A stretch of 64,000 nt of DNA from Dictyostelium discoideum. Its lineage: Eukaryota. The translations under genes were made by a program, and so were the position numbers. Positions 23,937 to 35,548 of this stretch are shown in pieces. The notes under the pieces are model-generated. The model was not told the origin of the DNA, ran no database searches, and saw nothing but the letters and a program-made list of their open reading frames with translations. Numbering within the stretch: the first letter of the stretch is position 1; each line of letters starts with the position of its first letter. The stretch covers positions 1,504,001 to 1,568,000 of the forward strand of contig CM000155.2 in NCBI GenBank assembly GCA_000004695.1, in the 5' to 3' direction.

Positions 23937-25190
23937 TTATGAGATGATATCGATCTCCTCTTGGGAGTCGTTTAGCTGCGGTTTGGATGGTGAAGGGTAG
24001 ATACTCTCTATGAAGCTCTCAATGATTCCTTTCCTTTCTTTATTGACAGGTGTCTTAGGGGTGGATGGGATGTAAGGGTTGCTTCTGTTTATTGTTGGTG
24101 AGAGTTGGGTGACCTCGTTGTTTGAGTGGATTTCCTCGTTCTTGCGTTTATGTGATGGAGGGATGTTTGGTGTCTTCTCTCTGTTTTCCGAGGATGAATG
24201 GATGTTAGTGCTCGTTTTGTTGGCATTGTCTTTTTGGATGGCGTTGGATGTTGTGGTAGTGGTTGTGGTGGGTTTGACAGATTGAGATTCTGCTTGGTTT
24301 TTGGGGGGAAGAGGTTGAGAGGATTTTTTTGATTGGGCTCTTTTCTCTTGGGTTGATTGTTTATCAGACTTATTGTTTGCTGGGTTGTTTGTTTGTTGTT
24401 GTGGTTTTGGTTGAGAGGATTTGATTGCTATCCTGTTTTGGATGTTGGGAGGATCATCTGTCATCTCATCTTCTAATGGTTCTTCCGTGTTGTTTGACTC
24501 TACTTTCTTATTTTTCTTTTGTGAGGAGTAGGTTTTGGTGGCCGTTCTGATGGTAAAGTTGGCGATTTCTGTATTGTGTTGGCCAGATTTCATTTGATCG
24601 CCTATTTTGCATTCTATTAGACCGAATACTAGGAGGTGGTCGGTGGAGTATATAGTATGGTATATTGCATAGGGTATTTCTTCTGCAAAGGCAGTTTTGA
24701 TGAGGGCATCCACTATTCCTGCCTTTTCTCTTGGAATTCTTACTCTTCCTGTGAGGACGTGGTAGTCTCTACTGGAGGTGATGAAGGTTCCCAATTTGCT
24801 TCTATCTCTAATGATATTTAGGAGAGATTGTTCGTTTTTAATCATCAGGTGGATCGTTTTTCTAGTTCCTTTGCCTATGTATATCTTGTCGATTGGGATA
24901 TCGTAGTTTGAGAGTGTTTTTCTCATTTCTTCTAACCCCATGAGATCCATTTTGGGGAATTCGAGTGTAATTGGGTAGAATCCGTTGTTTTTCTCGTAGG
25001 TTGAGAGAGCAGTCATGTTCAATATGGTCTCGCAGTATTTGGAGATGTCTTTGAGGCCTATTGATAATTTGGGGTAGGTCTCCTTTATCTCTGCTGTTTT
25101 TGTGGAGAATTCCTTAATGAAGTTCTCTGATGCCTCGTCCATATGGGTGGAGGGGTTGGCCATTTTAGCCGCGTCTGCGTAGGAATTCAT
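23937..25190 (-). CDS. TRE3-like ORF1 (417 aa), copy B
   Basis: 97-98% identical to copy A ORF1 at protein level. Confidence 0.6.
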   Translation of the reverse strand: MNSYADAAKMANPSTHMDEASENFIKEFSTKTAEIKETYPKLSIGLKDISKYCETILNMTALSTYEKNNGFYPITLEFPKMDLMGLEEMRKTLSNYDIPIDKIYIGKGTRKTIHLMIKNEQSLLNIIRDRSKLGTFITSSRDYHVLTGRVRIPREKAGIVDALIKTAFAEEIPYAIYHTIYSTDHLLVFGLIECKIGDQMKSGQHNTEIANFTIRTATKTYSSQKKNKKVESNNTEEPLEDEMTDDPPNIQNRIAIKSSQPKPQQQTNNPANNKSDKQSTQEKRAQSKKSSQPLPPKNQAESQSVKPTTTTTTTSNAIQKDNANKTSTNIHSSSENREKTPNIPPSHKRKNEEIHSNNEVTQLSPTINRSNPYIPSTPKTPVNKERKGIIESFIESIYPSPSKPQLNDSQEEIDIIS

Positions 25191-25427
25191 CTCGATGGGA
25201 TTCCTTTGAATCGGCGATTTGGTAAATTAGATCTGTAGATCGTGGTGGATTGGTGATTTTTTTTGAAAGATTGGTTAAAATTGACCGAGATTAAGGATAG
25301 AAAAGGATGAATTACTTTTCACGTGTATCTTGTATCCTCTTGATCGCGGTGCGGTTTTTTTTTCCGTAGTTGTATATTCCACATACCTAAAATTTATAAA
25401 TTATAACTATAAAATTTACATAAAAAA

Positions 25428-25500
25428 TGGAGAAGAAGGGTATCGATCCCTTTACCTCTCGCATGCTAAGCGAGCGCTCTACCATCTGAGCTACATCCCC
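25428..25500 (-). tRNA. tRNA-Ala (anticodon AGC)
   Basis: Minus-strand sequence GGGGATGTAGCTCAGATGGTAGAGCGCTCGCTTAGCATGCGAGAGGTAAAGGGATCGATACCCTTCTTCTCCA. It has an A box TAGCTCAGATGG, an anticodon loop CTTAGCATG and the G3:U70 Ala identity pair. The B box GGGATCGATACC is slightly atypical. TRE elements on both flanks argue for an active Pol III gene. Confidence 0.8.
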
Positions 25501-25540
25501 TTTGATGAAAATGAAATGAAAGTCGTATAGAAACTTCTGT

Positions 25541-26216
25541 GAAATGAGATCGAAAAAAACAAACAACAACAACAATCTCTTTTTTTGATTATTTCATTTT
25601 TCATATAAAAAAGACTTAAAAAACAAATAAATAAATAAATAAACTATTTTAAAAAGCCATCTTTTTACTTTATTGTAATTTATTATTTGTTTCGTTTTGA
25701 GAATTTTGCGTAGCAAAATTTTCAAAAAAAAAGCAAAAAATAATCAGATCGAAAAAAACAAACAACAACAACAATCTCTTTTTTTGATTATTTCATTTTT
25801 CATATAAAAAAGACTTAAAAAACAAATAAATAAATAAATAAACTATTTTAAAAAGCCATCTTTTTACTTTATTGTAATTTATTATTTGTTTCGTTTTGAG
25901 AATTTTGCGTAGCAAAATTTTCAAAAAAAAAGCAAAAAATAATCAGATCGAAAAAAACAAACAACAACAACAATCTCTTTTTTTGATTATTTCATTTTTC
26001 ATATAAAAAAGACTTAAAAAACAAATAAATAAATAAATAAACTATTTTAAAAAGCCATCTTTTTACTTTATTGTAATTTATTATTTGTTTCGTTTTGAGA
26101 ATTTTGCGTAGCAAAATTTTCAAAAAAAAAGCAAAAAATAATCAGATCGAAAAAAACAAACAACAACAACAATCTCTTTTTTTGATTATTTCATTTTTCA
26201 TATAAAAAAGACTTAN

Positions 26217-26269
<53 letters not shown>

Positions 26270-26929
26270 CGGGGAACCAAGTTAATTAAAAAATTTCCAA
26301 ATTTTTAACTTTTTAAGGAAAATTAAAAAGGATGGAAGGAAATTAAATGGAAATTCCCAACCACCCCCCCAAATATTAGGCAACCCAATGGCCTACAAAA
26401 AATAAGCAAATTTGGGGATAAAACTCATTTAAAAAAAAAACAATTCAAATACGTCTTAAACTTCATTCCCGAACCCGGCGATAAAATAAAAAAAGATTTA
26501 AAAAAAAGTTTGGCCAAAAAAAATGTTTTAATCAAAAAGCCCCTGTAAAAAAAAAAAAAAAAATAAAATGGGGTTTAGCATTTCAAGGAGAAGCAAAAAA
26601 AAATTGCGTTATCCCATTCCAAAAAAAAAAAAAATATATAATTTTTATCCCATAAAAAAAAAAAAAAAAAAAAAAAAAAGGTAAACCAACCCCTCTTTTA
26701 GAGACCCTGTAAAAAAAATAAAATAAAATAAAATGAGATCTAGCATCTCAAGGAGAAGCAAATAATAATTGCGTTATCCAATTCAAAAAAAAAAAATATA
26801 TATAATTTTACAATTACATTCAAGAAAAATCTGGAGGATCCAGAATCAATTGGGGAATAGAAATATTCAACAGACTAGACATTCCATAAACAGCCAACGC
26901 CATAGCCATTATTTGCGAAAACATCTGGA
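25541..26929 (+). mobile_element. TRE5-A-derived block 1: A-module tandem array (about 3.4 copies) + poly(A) + degenerate internally deleted TRE5-A copy
   Basis: Begins about 45 bp upstream of the tRNA-Ala 5' end, divergent orientation. 198-bp A-module units at 25549-26215. Region 26263-26929 is an error-rich copy of 30105-30730. Confidence 0.6.
25549..26215 (+). repeat. TRE5-A A-module tandem repeat, period 198 bp, about 3.4 copies
   Basis: unit atcagatcgaaaaaaacaaacaacaacaacaatctc…gcaaaaaataatc repeats at 25745, 25943, 26141. Confidence 0.8.
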
Positions 26930-27029
26930 NNNNNNNNNNNNNNNNNNNNNNNNNNNNNNNNNNNNNNNNNNNNNNNNNNNNNNNNNNNNNNNNNNNNNNN
27001 NNNNNNNNNNNNNNNNNNNNNNNNNNNNN
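26930..27029. other. assembly gap (100 N)
   Basis: run of n; left edge sits in ORF2-3' sequence and right edge in A-module sequence. Confidence 0.95.
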
Positions 27030-28280
27030 AACAACCATCAACAACGATCTCTTTGTTTGATTATTTCATTTTTCATATAAAAAAGACTTAAAAAACAAAT
27101 AAATAAATAAATAACTATTTTAAAAAGCCATCTTTTTACTTTATTGTAATTTATTATTGGTTTCGTTTTGAGAATTTTGCGTAGCAAAATTTTCAAAAAA
27201 AAAGCAAAAAATAATCAGATCGAAAAAAACAAACAACAACAACAATCTCTTTTTTTGATTATTTCATTTTTCATATAAAAAAGACTTAAAAAACAAATAA
27301 ATAAATAAATAAACTATTTTAAAAAGCCATCTTTTTACTTTATTGTAATTTATTATTTGTTTCGTTTTGAGAATTTTGCGTAGCAAAATTTTCAAAAAAA
27401 AAGCAAAAAATAATCAGATCGAAAAAAACAAACAACAACAACAATCTCTTTTTTTGATTATTTCATTTTTCATATAAAAAAGACTTAAAAAACAAATAAA
27501 TAAATAAATAAACTATTTTAAAAAGCCATCTTTTTACTTTATTGTAATTTATTATTTGTTTCGTTTTGAGAATTTTGCGTAGCAAAATTTTCAAAAAAAA
27601 AGCAAAAAATAATCAGATCGAAAAAAACAAACAACAACAACAATCTCTTTTTTTGATTATTTCATTTTTCATATAAAAAAGACTTAAAAAACAAATAAAT
27701 AAATAAATAAACTATTTTAAAAAGCCATCTTTTTACTTTATTGTAATTTATTATTTGTTTCGTTTTGAGAATTTTGCGTAGCAAAATTTTCAAAAAAAAA
27801 GCAAAAAATAATCAGATCGAAAAAAACAAACAACAACAACAATCTCTTTTTTTGATTATTTCATTTTTCATATAAAAAAGACTTAAAAAACAAATAAATA
27901 AATAAATAAACTATTTTAAAAAGCCATCTTTTTACTTTATTGTAATTTATTATTTGTTTCGTTTTGAGAATTTTGCGTAGCAAAATTTTCAAAAAAAAAG
28001 CAAAAAATAATCAGATCGAAAAAAACAAACAACAACAACAATCTCTTTTTTTGATTATTTCATTTTTCATATAAAAAAGACTTAAAAAACAAATAAATAA
28101 ATAAATAAACTATTTTAAAAAGCCATCTTTTTACTTTATTGTAATTTATTATTTGTTTCGTTTTGAGAATTTTGCGTAGCAAAATTTTCAAAAAAAAAGC
28201 AAAAAATAATCAGATCGAAAAAAAACAAACAACAACAACAATCTCTTTTTTTGATTATTTCATTTTTCATATAAAAAAGG

Positions 28281-28290
<10 letters not shown>
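27030..28290 (+). repeat. TRE5-A A-module tandem repeat, period 198 bp, about 6.4 copies
   Basis: unit starts at 27215, 27413, 27611, 27809, 28007, 28205. Confidence 0.8.
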
Positions 28291-28341
<51 letters not shown>

Positions 28342-28416
28342 GGAACCAAGTTAATTAGAAAATTTCCAGATTTTTAACTTTTTAAAGAAAAATAAAAAAG
28401 ATAGAAAGAAAATAAA

Positions 28417-29751
28417 ATGAAAATCACAAACAACACCACAAATATTAAGCAACACAAATGCCTACAAAAAATAAGCGAAATTGTGGATAAAACTCAATTA
28501 AAAAAAAAACAATTCAAATACGTCATAAACATCAATCACGAACCAGACGATAAAATAAAAAAAGATTTAGAAAAAAGTTTGGACAAAAAAGATGTTTTAA
28601 TCAAAAGTAATAATACATTCAAAATTCTCACAGACAGTATTAGTACAGTAATCTATTTTGTAAATATGTTTGATGCAGAATTAAAAGGACAATTTATAAC
28701 CACTATAAGACCAAAAAATATGTATACAGATTTTGATTGGTATAAATCACTCACAGAAATAGAATGGGTAATAGAAAATGAAGGATGTAAACTAATTAAA
28801 TCAGAAATTAAAGGCGAAACTCTAATTATCAAAACAGTGAAAAGAGTCGTAGAAGAATTTGACACTATCATTGAACTAGACAATCTAACATTAATTGGAC
28901 ACTCCAACAAAGGATGGAGAGATCAAACCTCATTACCAGAAAATCAAGAAGAAAACAAAAATAAAAAACAATCAGATGAACAACAACCACAATCTACATC
29001 AGAACAAATACCAAAACAAGGAAAAAGAACAATCATTATCCCACCAATCACATCCTCATCTAATGATAAAACATTTATGGCCCTAGATGATACAGCTCAA
29101 AAGGTAATAGAAGCATCACTAGAAAACGTAGATGAACTAACAAGAATAGAGAATGAGATCAATACACAATCGATAAACAATCAAGAAATTAAAACAAAAT
29201 CAGAAAAACCTATCGAACCACCATCTCCATACAATACACCAATAAAACAACACGGCGAAACAAAGGGACTAACAACGGAAGAAAAACTTAGAGAGGCAAA
29301 TGATATCTTCGACTTCACCAGCCCAAACACTGATGCAATAAGAAAAATAGAATTCCCACTTTCAATCCCTTCAAATCAATGGTTCTTCTCCTCTCCAATA
29401 AAACATATCATGAGTTTCAGCCCAACCTATGGTACACCATCGAAAATTATCGATTCACCAAGTAAATTGTTAAACACACCAAAAAAGAAACAACAAGACA
29501 AAACAAACAAGACCAACAAAACACCAGTCAAACCAAAATTGGGTGAATATGGACAAAAAAGCATAAAAACAAAAATGGATGAAGATATAGACAACTTCAA
29601 CAAGGAAATTCTAAAACAAATCAATAAATCAAAAAACCCCACAAACACACAAGACCAACAACACAACGAACAAAGTAAAGATCAGTTAGAAGACAAAATA
29701 AACCAGAAACTTCAAAAGGTAGATAAAAATCTACCCCAAATAAAACTATAA
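28417..29751 (+). CDS. TRE5-A ORF1 protein (444 aa)
   Basis: Complete ORF MKITNNTTNIKQHK… directly downstream of the A/B modules. The first 62 codons recur at 30149 and, in degraded form, at 26340 and 31200. Confidence 0.65.
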   Translation: MKITNNTTNIKQHKCLQKISEIVDKTQLKKKQFKYVININHEPDDKIKKDLEKSLDKKDVLIKSNNTFKILTDSISTVIYFVNMFDAELKGQFITTIRPKNMYTDFDWYKSLTEIEWVIENEGCKLIKSEIKGETLIIKTVKRVVEEFDTIIELDNLTLIGHSNKGWRDQTSLPENQEENKNKKQSDEQQPQSTSEQIPKQGKRTIIIPPITSSSNDKTFMALDDTAQKVIEASLENVDELTRIENEINTQSINNQEIKTKSEKPIEPPSPYNTPIKQHGETKGLTTEEKLREANDIFDFTSPNTDAIRKIEFPLSIPSNQWFFSSPIKHIMSFSPTYGTPSKIIDSPSKLLNTPKKKQQDKTNKTNKTPVKPKLGEYGQKSIKTKMDEDIDNFNKEILKQINKSKNPTNTQDQQHNEQSKDQLEDKINQKLQKVDKNLPQIKL

Positions 29752-29759
29752 AGAAAAAC

Positions 29760-30003
29760 ACAATAAGAATAGGTGTTTGGAACGTCCAAGGATCCAACAC
29801 CATCCAATCTGCCAGCATAATAAACACCGTTTTAGACAACAACAAGCTGGACGCAGCACTTCTAACTGAAACAAATATAAAAACAAATAAAATTTACTCA
29901 ATAAATCAACAATATAAAAACAAAATAACACACCACGCACCAATTGATAAAACAGGACAAGGGGTGTCACAAATCATCATCAACACCCGCAATAGAACTT
30001 CCT
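29760..30003 (+). pseudogene. TRE5-A ORF2 N-terminal (APE) fragment, truncated
   Basis: …IRIGVWNVQGSNTIQSASIINTVLDNNKLDAALLTETNIK… ends after about 80 codons, followed by the 3' tail and poly(A). Confidence 0.5.
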
Positions 30004-30047
30004 AAACATCTCAAAAAATACAATAATTCACTCAGTACTTTCTATAA

Positions 30048-30104
<57 letters not shown>

Positions 30105-30107
<3 letters not shown>

Positions 30108-31032
30108 CAAGTTAATCAGAAAAATAAAAAAGATAGAAAGAAAATAAAATGAAAATCACAAACAACACCACAAATATTAAGCAACACAAATGCCTACAAA
30201 AAATAAGCGAAATTGTGGATAAAACTCAATTAAAAAAAAAACAATTCAAATACGTCATAAACATCAATCACGAACCAGACGATAAAATAAAAAAAGATTT
30301 AGAAAAAAGTTTGGACAAAAAAGATGTTTTAATCAAAAAGACCCTGTAAAAAAAAAAAAAAAAATAAAATGAGATCTAGCATCTCAAGGAGAAGCAAATA
30401 ATAATTGCGTTATCCAATTCAAAAAAAAAAAAATATATATAATTTTAATCCAATAAAAAAAAAAAAAAAAAAAAAAAAAAGGTAAACCAACCCCTCTTTT
30501 AGAGACCCTGTAAAAAAAATAAAATAAAATAAAATGAGATCTAGCATCTCAAGGAGAAGCAAATAATAATTGCGTTATCCAATTCAAAAAAAAAAAATAT
30601 ATATAATTTTACAATTACATTCAAGAAAAATCTGGAGGATCCAGAATCAATTGGGGAATAGAAATATTCAACAGACTAGACATTCCATAAACAGCCAACG
30701 CCATAGCCATTATTTGCGAAAACATCTGGAGAGGAAGAAACAAGAAAATCCACGAAGGAATAACACTCAAAAACTTAAGAAAACAACTACTAGTACACGA
30801 ACTAAAGAAAACTCAAACAGCAGCTTGGGAAAGAACAAAAAACAACATATACAAACTAATCAGACAAGAAAAAAAAGCAACCAACAACGAACAAATAAAA
30901 AAATTCAAAAACATCATCTCCCTACAACTCGAAAGATTTAGCAAACACTGGAACTCACCACTACACACAGTAGCACTACCATCAAACCTCAACAAATATA
31001 TTACGTCTCTAAATACACTCTACACCCCCCAA

Positions 31033-31075
<43 letters not shown>
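30105..31075 (+). mobile_element. internally deleted TRE5-A derivative (ORF1 codons 1-62 fused to the ORF2 3' end/C-module) + poly(A)
   Basis: 30149-30349 is identical to the start of ORF1. 30570-31035 is the ORF2 C-terminal coding region ending …LNTLYTPQL, followed by (A)40. Confidence 0.55.
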
Positions 31076-31078
<3 letters not shown>

Positions 31079-31099
31079 ATACAACCTTAAAAGGCACTT

Positions 31100-31371
31100 G
31101 TAATATACAATAAAATTAATAAAATGAGATATATCTCAAGAAGAAGCAACTAAAAATTGCGTTATTCTATTCAAAAAAAAAATATATATAATTTTAATGC
31201 CTACAAAAAATAAGCGAAATTGTGGATAAAACTCAATTAAAAAAAAAACAATTCAAATACGTCATAAACATCAATCACTAACCATACGATAAAATAAAAA
31301 AAGATTTAGAAAAAAGTTTGGACAAAAAAGATGTTTTAATCAAAAGTTATAATACAATTCAAAATTCGAAA

Positions 31372-31416
<45 letters not shown>

Positions 31417-31560
31417 TAAACCAACCCCTCTTTTAGAGACCCTGTAAAAAAAAAAAAAAAAATAAAATGAGATCTAGCATCTCAAGGAGAAGCAAATAAT
31501 AATTGCGTTATCCAATTCAAAAAAAAAAAAATATATATAATTTTTTTTTATAAACAAATA
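31100..31560 (+). mobile_element. further short TRE5-A-derived fragments (ORF1-start-like and internal motifs with poly(A) runs)
   Basis: diverged copies of the 30150-30350 and 30340-30440 motifs. Confidence 0.4.
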
Positions 31561-32170
31561 AATAAATATTTGAATCCACAATTCAAAAAAAAAAACAAGT
31601 TATTAAAAAAATATTAAAGATAAGATAATTCCAGATCAAAATGTATCAAATTTTCCCTTTTGATGTAATGGTACTCTCTGTAGGTAATAACCTAAAGATG
31701 TTTATTACATTTTTGTAATGAATAGAAGTTTAGAAGGAGGGACAAAGGTGGAATTAGATATGTGAAAAAAAAAAGATTTTTTAAAGATTAGGTAATGTTC
31801 AGTTTTATTTTTATTTTAATATTTTTTTTTACAAATAGTATTTTGAAATAGTAATTTTGTTTCTTTTATTATTACTTGTCGAACTGGAGGAGATGGAGGT
31901 GAAACATCTGATTGTTTTCTTTGAATATTTAAATTTTTTATTAAGTGATCTCGTTACATCTTTTATTTCCTTTAATTGAATCTATTTGAATTGCTATTGA
32001 ATTACTATTTATTAAATGATCATTTTCATTATAATTTTTAATTTGATTCATTAAATTCTTATAATGGTGATCATATCTGAAATACTAATCTAAAATTGTG
32101 ATTGTGTAGTTTTTATTCTTATTGTTTTTTACAAATAATATTTTTAAAATAGTAAATCCATTTGATAATT

Positions 32171-35145
32171 TTAATAATATTGGCAGTTCCTATAAGATTT
32201 TATTGTATTGATAATTGAATCTAGTTGGATTACTAATGAATTTCTATTTATTAAATAATCATTTTCATTAAAATTTTTAATTTGATTCATTAAATGGGGA
32301 AAATATTCATTATCACATGAGTCCTTAAAATACTGATTTAAGATTGTAAATGATGATTTGGTAATATCAGTTTTGCCAAATTGTAATGATGTTTTACAAA
32401 ATTTTACTATTTGAAGTGTATGTAAATAATAATGATATTTGTCACTATAATTTTCTCCAATTACTTTTAAAATATTATTAATTGATGATAATTCTAAATT
32501 AAGACAGCACCACCTTATGCTTGGTAGTACTGCACAATTCTTTTTATAAACTGAACATGAATATTCCCATTCCTTTAAAAATAAATCATTTCTTTTTAGT
32601 GACATGAATAACTTTAAATTATTCAAATAATCAGATTCATTTTTGACATAGAAACTTTCTTTATCTTTATATGGACGACTTATCATTGAATCCAATAAAT
32701 CATTAAATGGTGATTGTTTAATGGATTCTAATGTTATCGATTCAAGCAAATCTTTATTTCTATAATCAATCGATTCATAATATTCATACAATAATCTTGA
32801 TCTTTTATAAATGAAAAATAGTTTTATTTCTTTTGTTTCAACATTAATTTCCAATTGATTTTCAATTAAAAATTGATAAATTTGCTCAATTAATTCATGA
32901 TTTATATATTCTCTTTTATTCAAAAATGTATGTACTAATATTTGAAAATATAATTGCAAATTTGCTTGATGTGAGGTTGTTGTAACTGTTATTATTGTTG
33001 CTGTTGATGATGATGATGAACATTTTTGAAAATTTCTACTATTTCTATTGATTTGGTTATTTGTTTTAATTATTTCTTTTGATTTATTAAATTGGTTGAT
33101 GAATGATTTAATAAGAGATTCTGAAAAATTTGGCTTGCTAAAATCAAAATCTTCACCTTTAATTATAAAATTCTCTATTATGAATCTTGAATAATTATTA
33201 TTAGATATTATATTTCCCTGTGTATCCTTAAATAAATTTTCAGCAGGTTGGGCATTTAAATTGGTGTTGATTTTAATTTTTGAAATATTAAATTTCGCTT
33301 GAGGATTTAATGTGCTTGTATTATTTCTATCACTATCATCTTCATAAAAACCATTTCTACATATATATTCTACTAAATCGTAATATTCTCGAGGAGTAAC
33401 CATTTTATTATCAAAAATAAAATTGAATAATCTATTATATTCTTGATAAATTGATTCATCTTCTTGATTTAATAATCTTTCATTTAAAGAATATGGTAAA
33501 CAACGTAAATAATAAAGTACAGATTTAAATTGAATACCTAATGAATGAAAATGTTTAATCTCTTGAATATTACATTGTATAATTGCTTTTAAAAATGGTA
33601 TTCGATAATAATATTGTAAATCTTCAGTGATTGAATATAACTCTATAAAGTGATTCGATAATTCAATAGAATCGAAATAGAAATAAATTTCAAATAACCT
33701 TAATTCTAATTTATTTAATGATGGTTCTCTCTGATACCATTGTACAACCCAATCCATTGTTTCAATATCTTTGATAATAGGGAGGGGATGATTATATCTA
33801 TCGTGAAAGATTATCATTAATGGATTCCATGTTTTTGGTAAATATTTTTTATATTTATTTGGTATATATTTGAATAGTTCTTCATATGTTAATTTATTAT
33901 CTATTTTTAGCATTATACCACCAATGGTTTCATGTAAATATTTTTCTATATCAACTTTAAAACTAATTCCTTCATATTTATCATCATCCTCTTCATCATC
34001 ATCTTCTTCTTCTTCTTCTTCTTCTTCTTCTTCATCTTCTTCTTCTTCTTCTTCTTCATCTTCTTCTTCTTCTTCTTCTTCTTCTTCTTCTTTTTCTTCT
34101 TCTTTTTCTTCTTTTTCTTTTTCTTCATCTTTTTCTTTTTCTTCCTTTTCTTTTTCTTCTTTATCATTTTGAAAACCATTGATATTATTTATTTTTGATA
34201 AAAGGGTTCTAAGGAATTCAACTGATCTATTTAAATTTTCATTTGCGGTTGAGTAAATATAGAAAGAATAACGTTTTTGAGGATCGAAAGTGAAATCCAT
34301 TTGTTTCAATATTGAAGGAATGTAATTTTTAAGACTACATTCAAATGCAGTCTTTTTAAAATCATCAATTGACATTAATTCATCAGGCAATACTTCATCA
34401 TGATATTTTGATAAATATAATTCTAATAGTTGATCTGATCGTGTTAAGATAATTAATTTTATAAGCATTTTTTGAATATGATCCTCTTCATTTTGTTCTA
34501 ATAATAATAATAATAATTCTGATTGCTGTTGTTCTTTTGGTTTTTGTTCTCCAAATAATTCTAAACATTTTAATAAAATTTCTAATCTATCTTGATTGTT
34601 AAAATTTTCACGTTCTTTAAATACCTTTTCAATATAATCTAATAGCTTATATATAGTTTTGTAATTTATAGTAACTGCTAAATATTCAAATCTAATGTCT
34701 TTATTTTGACGTTTTATAAATTCTAAATTTTTATTTGATTGATTTGGTTGTTCTTTTATTATATGATTTATCATAATACGGGTTAATGTAGTAAAATGTC
34801 TGCTGTTATCAAATAAATATGGGATAGAATCAAATGAAAATTCATTATCCATTAAACTCATTGTATATGATTCAAAGTTTGTTGTTGTTGTTGTTGTTGT
34901 TGTAGTTGTTGTTTTTGTTGTATTATTATTTTTATTATTAATATTATTAAGAGTTTCAAGTAATAAATTGATAATTTCATAACCACCATTTTTATATGCA
35001 ACTTTTATTATTTTTTTATCTTTCAAAAATTCAAAATTCCTTTTTTCAAGTACTAATTGCAATATCTCTTTATATAATTCAATGTTGATTGATCTTTGAC
35101 ATTTTAATCTATAATATTCTCTTGGTGAATCTATTATTTGTACTC

Positions 35146-35244
<99 letters not shown>

Positions 35245-35548
35245 CATTATTATTATTATTATTGTTATTATTATTATCAATTAAATATAGATTGAATAAT
35301 GACTTTATATTAAATTTACTAATATGAACATATTCATTATTTTTTAATTTATATTTTAGTAATTGAAATTGATTATTTTTAATCATCCATTTTAAATCAT
35401 AAATATGTTTAAATTTTGTCCGATTCTCTTTACCTAATGATATGGGTTCATAATTAATCCATTCATTATTTTCTATATGATCTAATATTTTGTAAAATAA
35501 ATATTTATTGTGAATTACTTTCCAAAATAGTACTTCATTAATATCCAT
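32171..35548 (-). CDS. hypothetical low-complexity protein, 1125 aa (poly-N about 55, poly-T, long E/D and KE tracts)
   Basis: single uninterrupted ORF with a true ATG; no domain recognised. Confidence 0.5.

Larger units (their letters stand above)
20089..25375 (-). mobile_element. TRE3-like non-LTR retrotransposon, full-length copy B (about 5.3 kb), tandem to copy A
   Basis: A few percent diverged from copy A. Poly(A) seen as poly-T at 20089-20122. The 5' end at about 25375 lies about 50 bp downstream of the tRNA-Ala 3' end. The 5' UTR is about 40 nt shorter than in copy A. Confidence 0.7.
27030..30104 (+). mobile_element. TRE5-A (TRE5-A.2-like) non-LTR retrotransposon: A-module array, B-module, ORF1, ORF2 truncated after about 80 codons, 3' end + poly(A)
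   Basis: Module order A(n)-poly(A)-B-ORF1-ORF2 N-terminus, then 3' tail ctcaaaaaatacaataattcactcagtactttctataaat + (A)58. The 5' edge is undefined because of the gap. Confidence 0.7.

Noticed and set aside
26769-27080. ORFs 26769-27080 (+) and 26820-27044 (-) containing runs of X
   Set aside because: They span the 100-N assembly gap and are artefacts of translating Ns.
25549-28290. Regular 198-bp tandem array resembling a repeat-spacer structure
   Set aside because: The units are identical throughout with no variable spacers, and the genome is eukaryotic. This is the A-module of a TRE5-A retrotransposon, not a CRISPR array.
33870-35295. Poly-S, poly-K and poly-Y ORFs (33870-34172, 33946-34179, 35089-35295)
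   Set aside because: They lie in shifted or antisense frames within the (GAA)n and (AAT)n tracts inside the 1125-aa gene.
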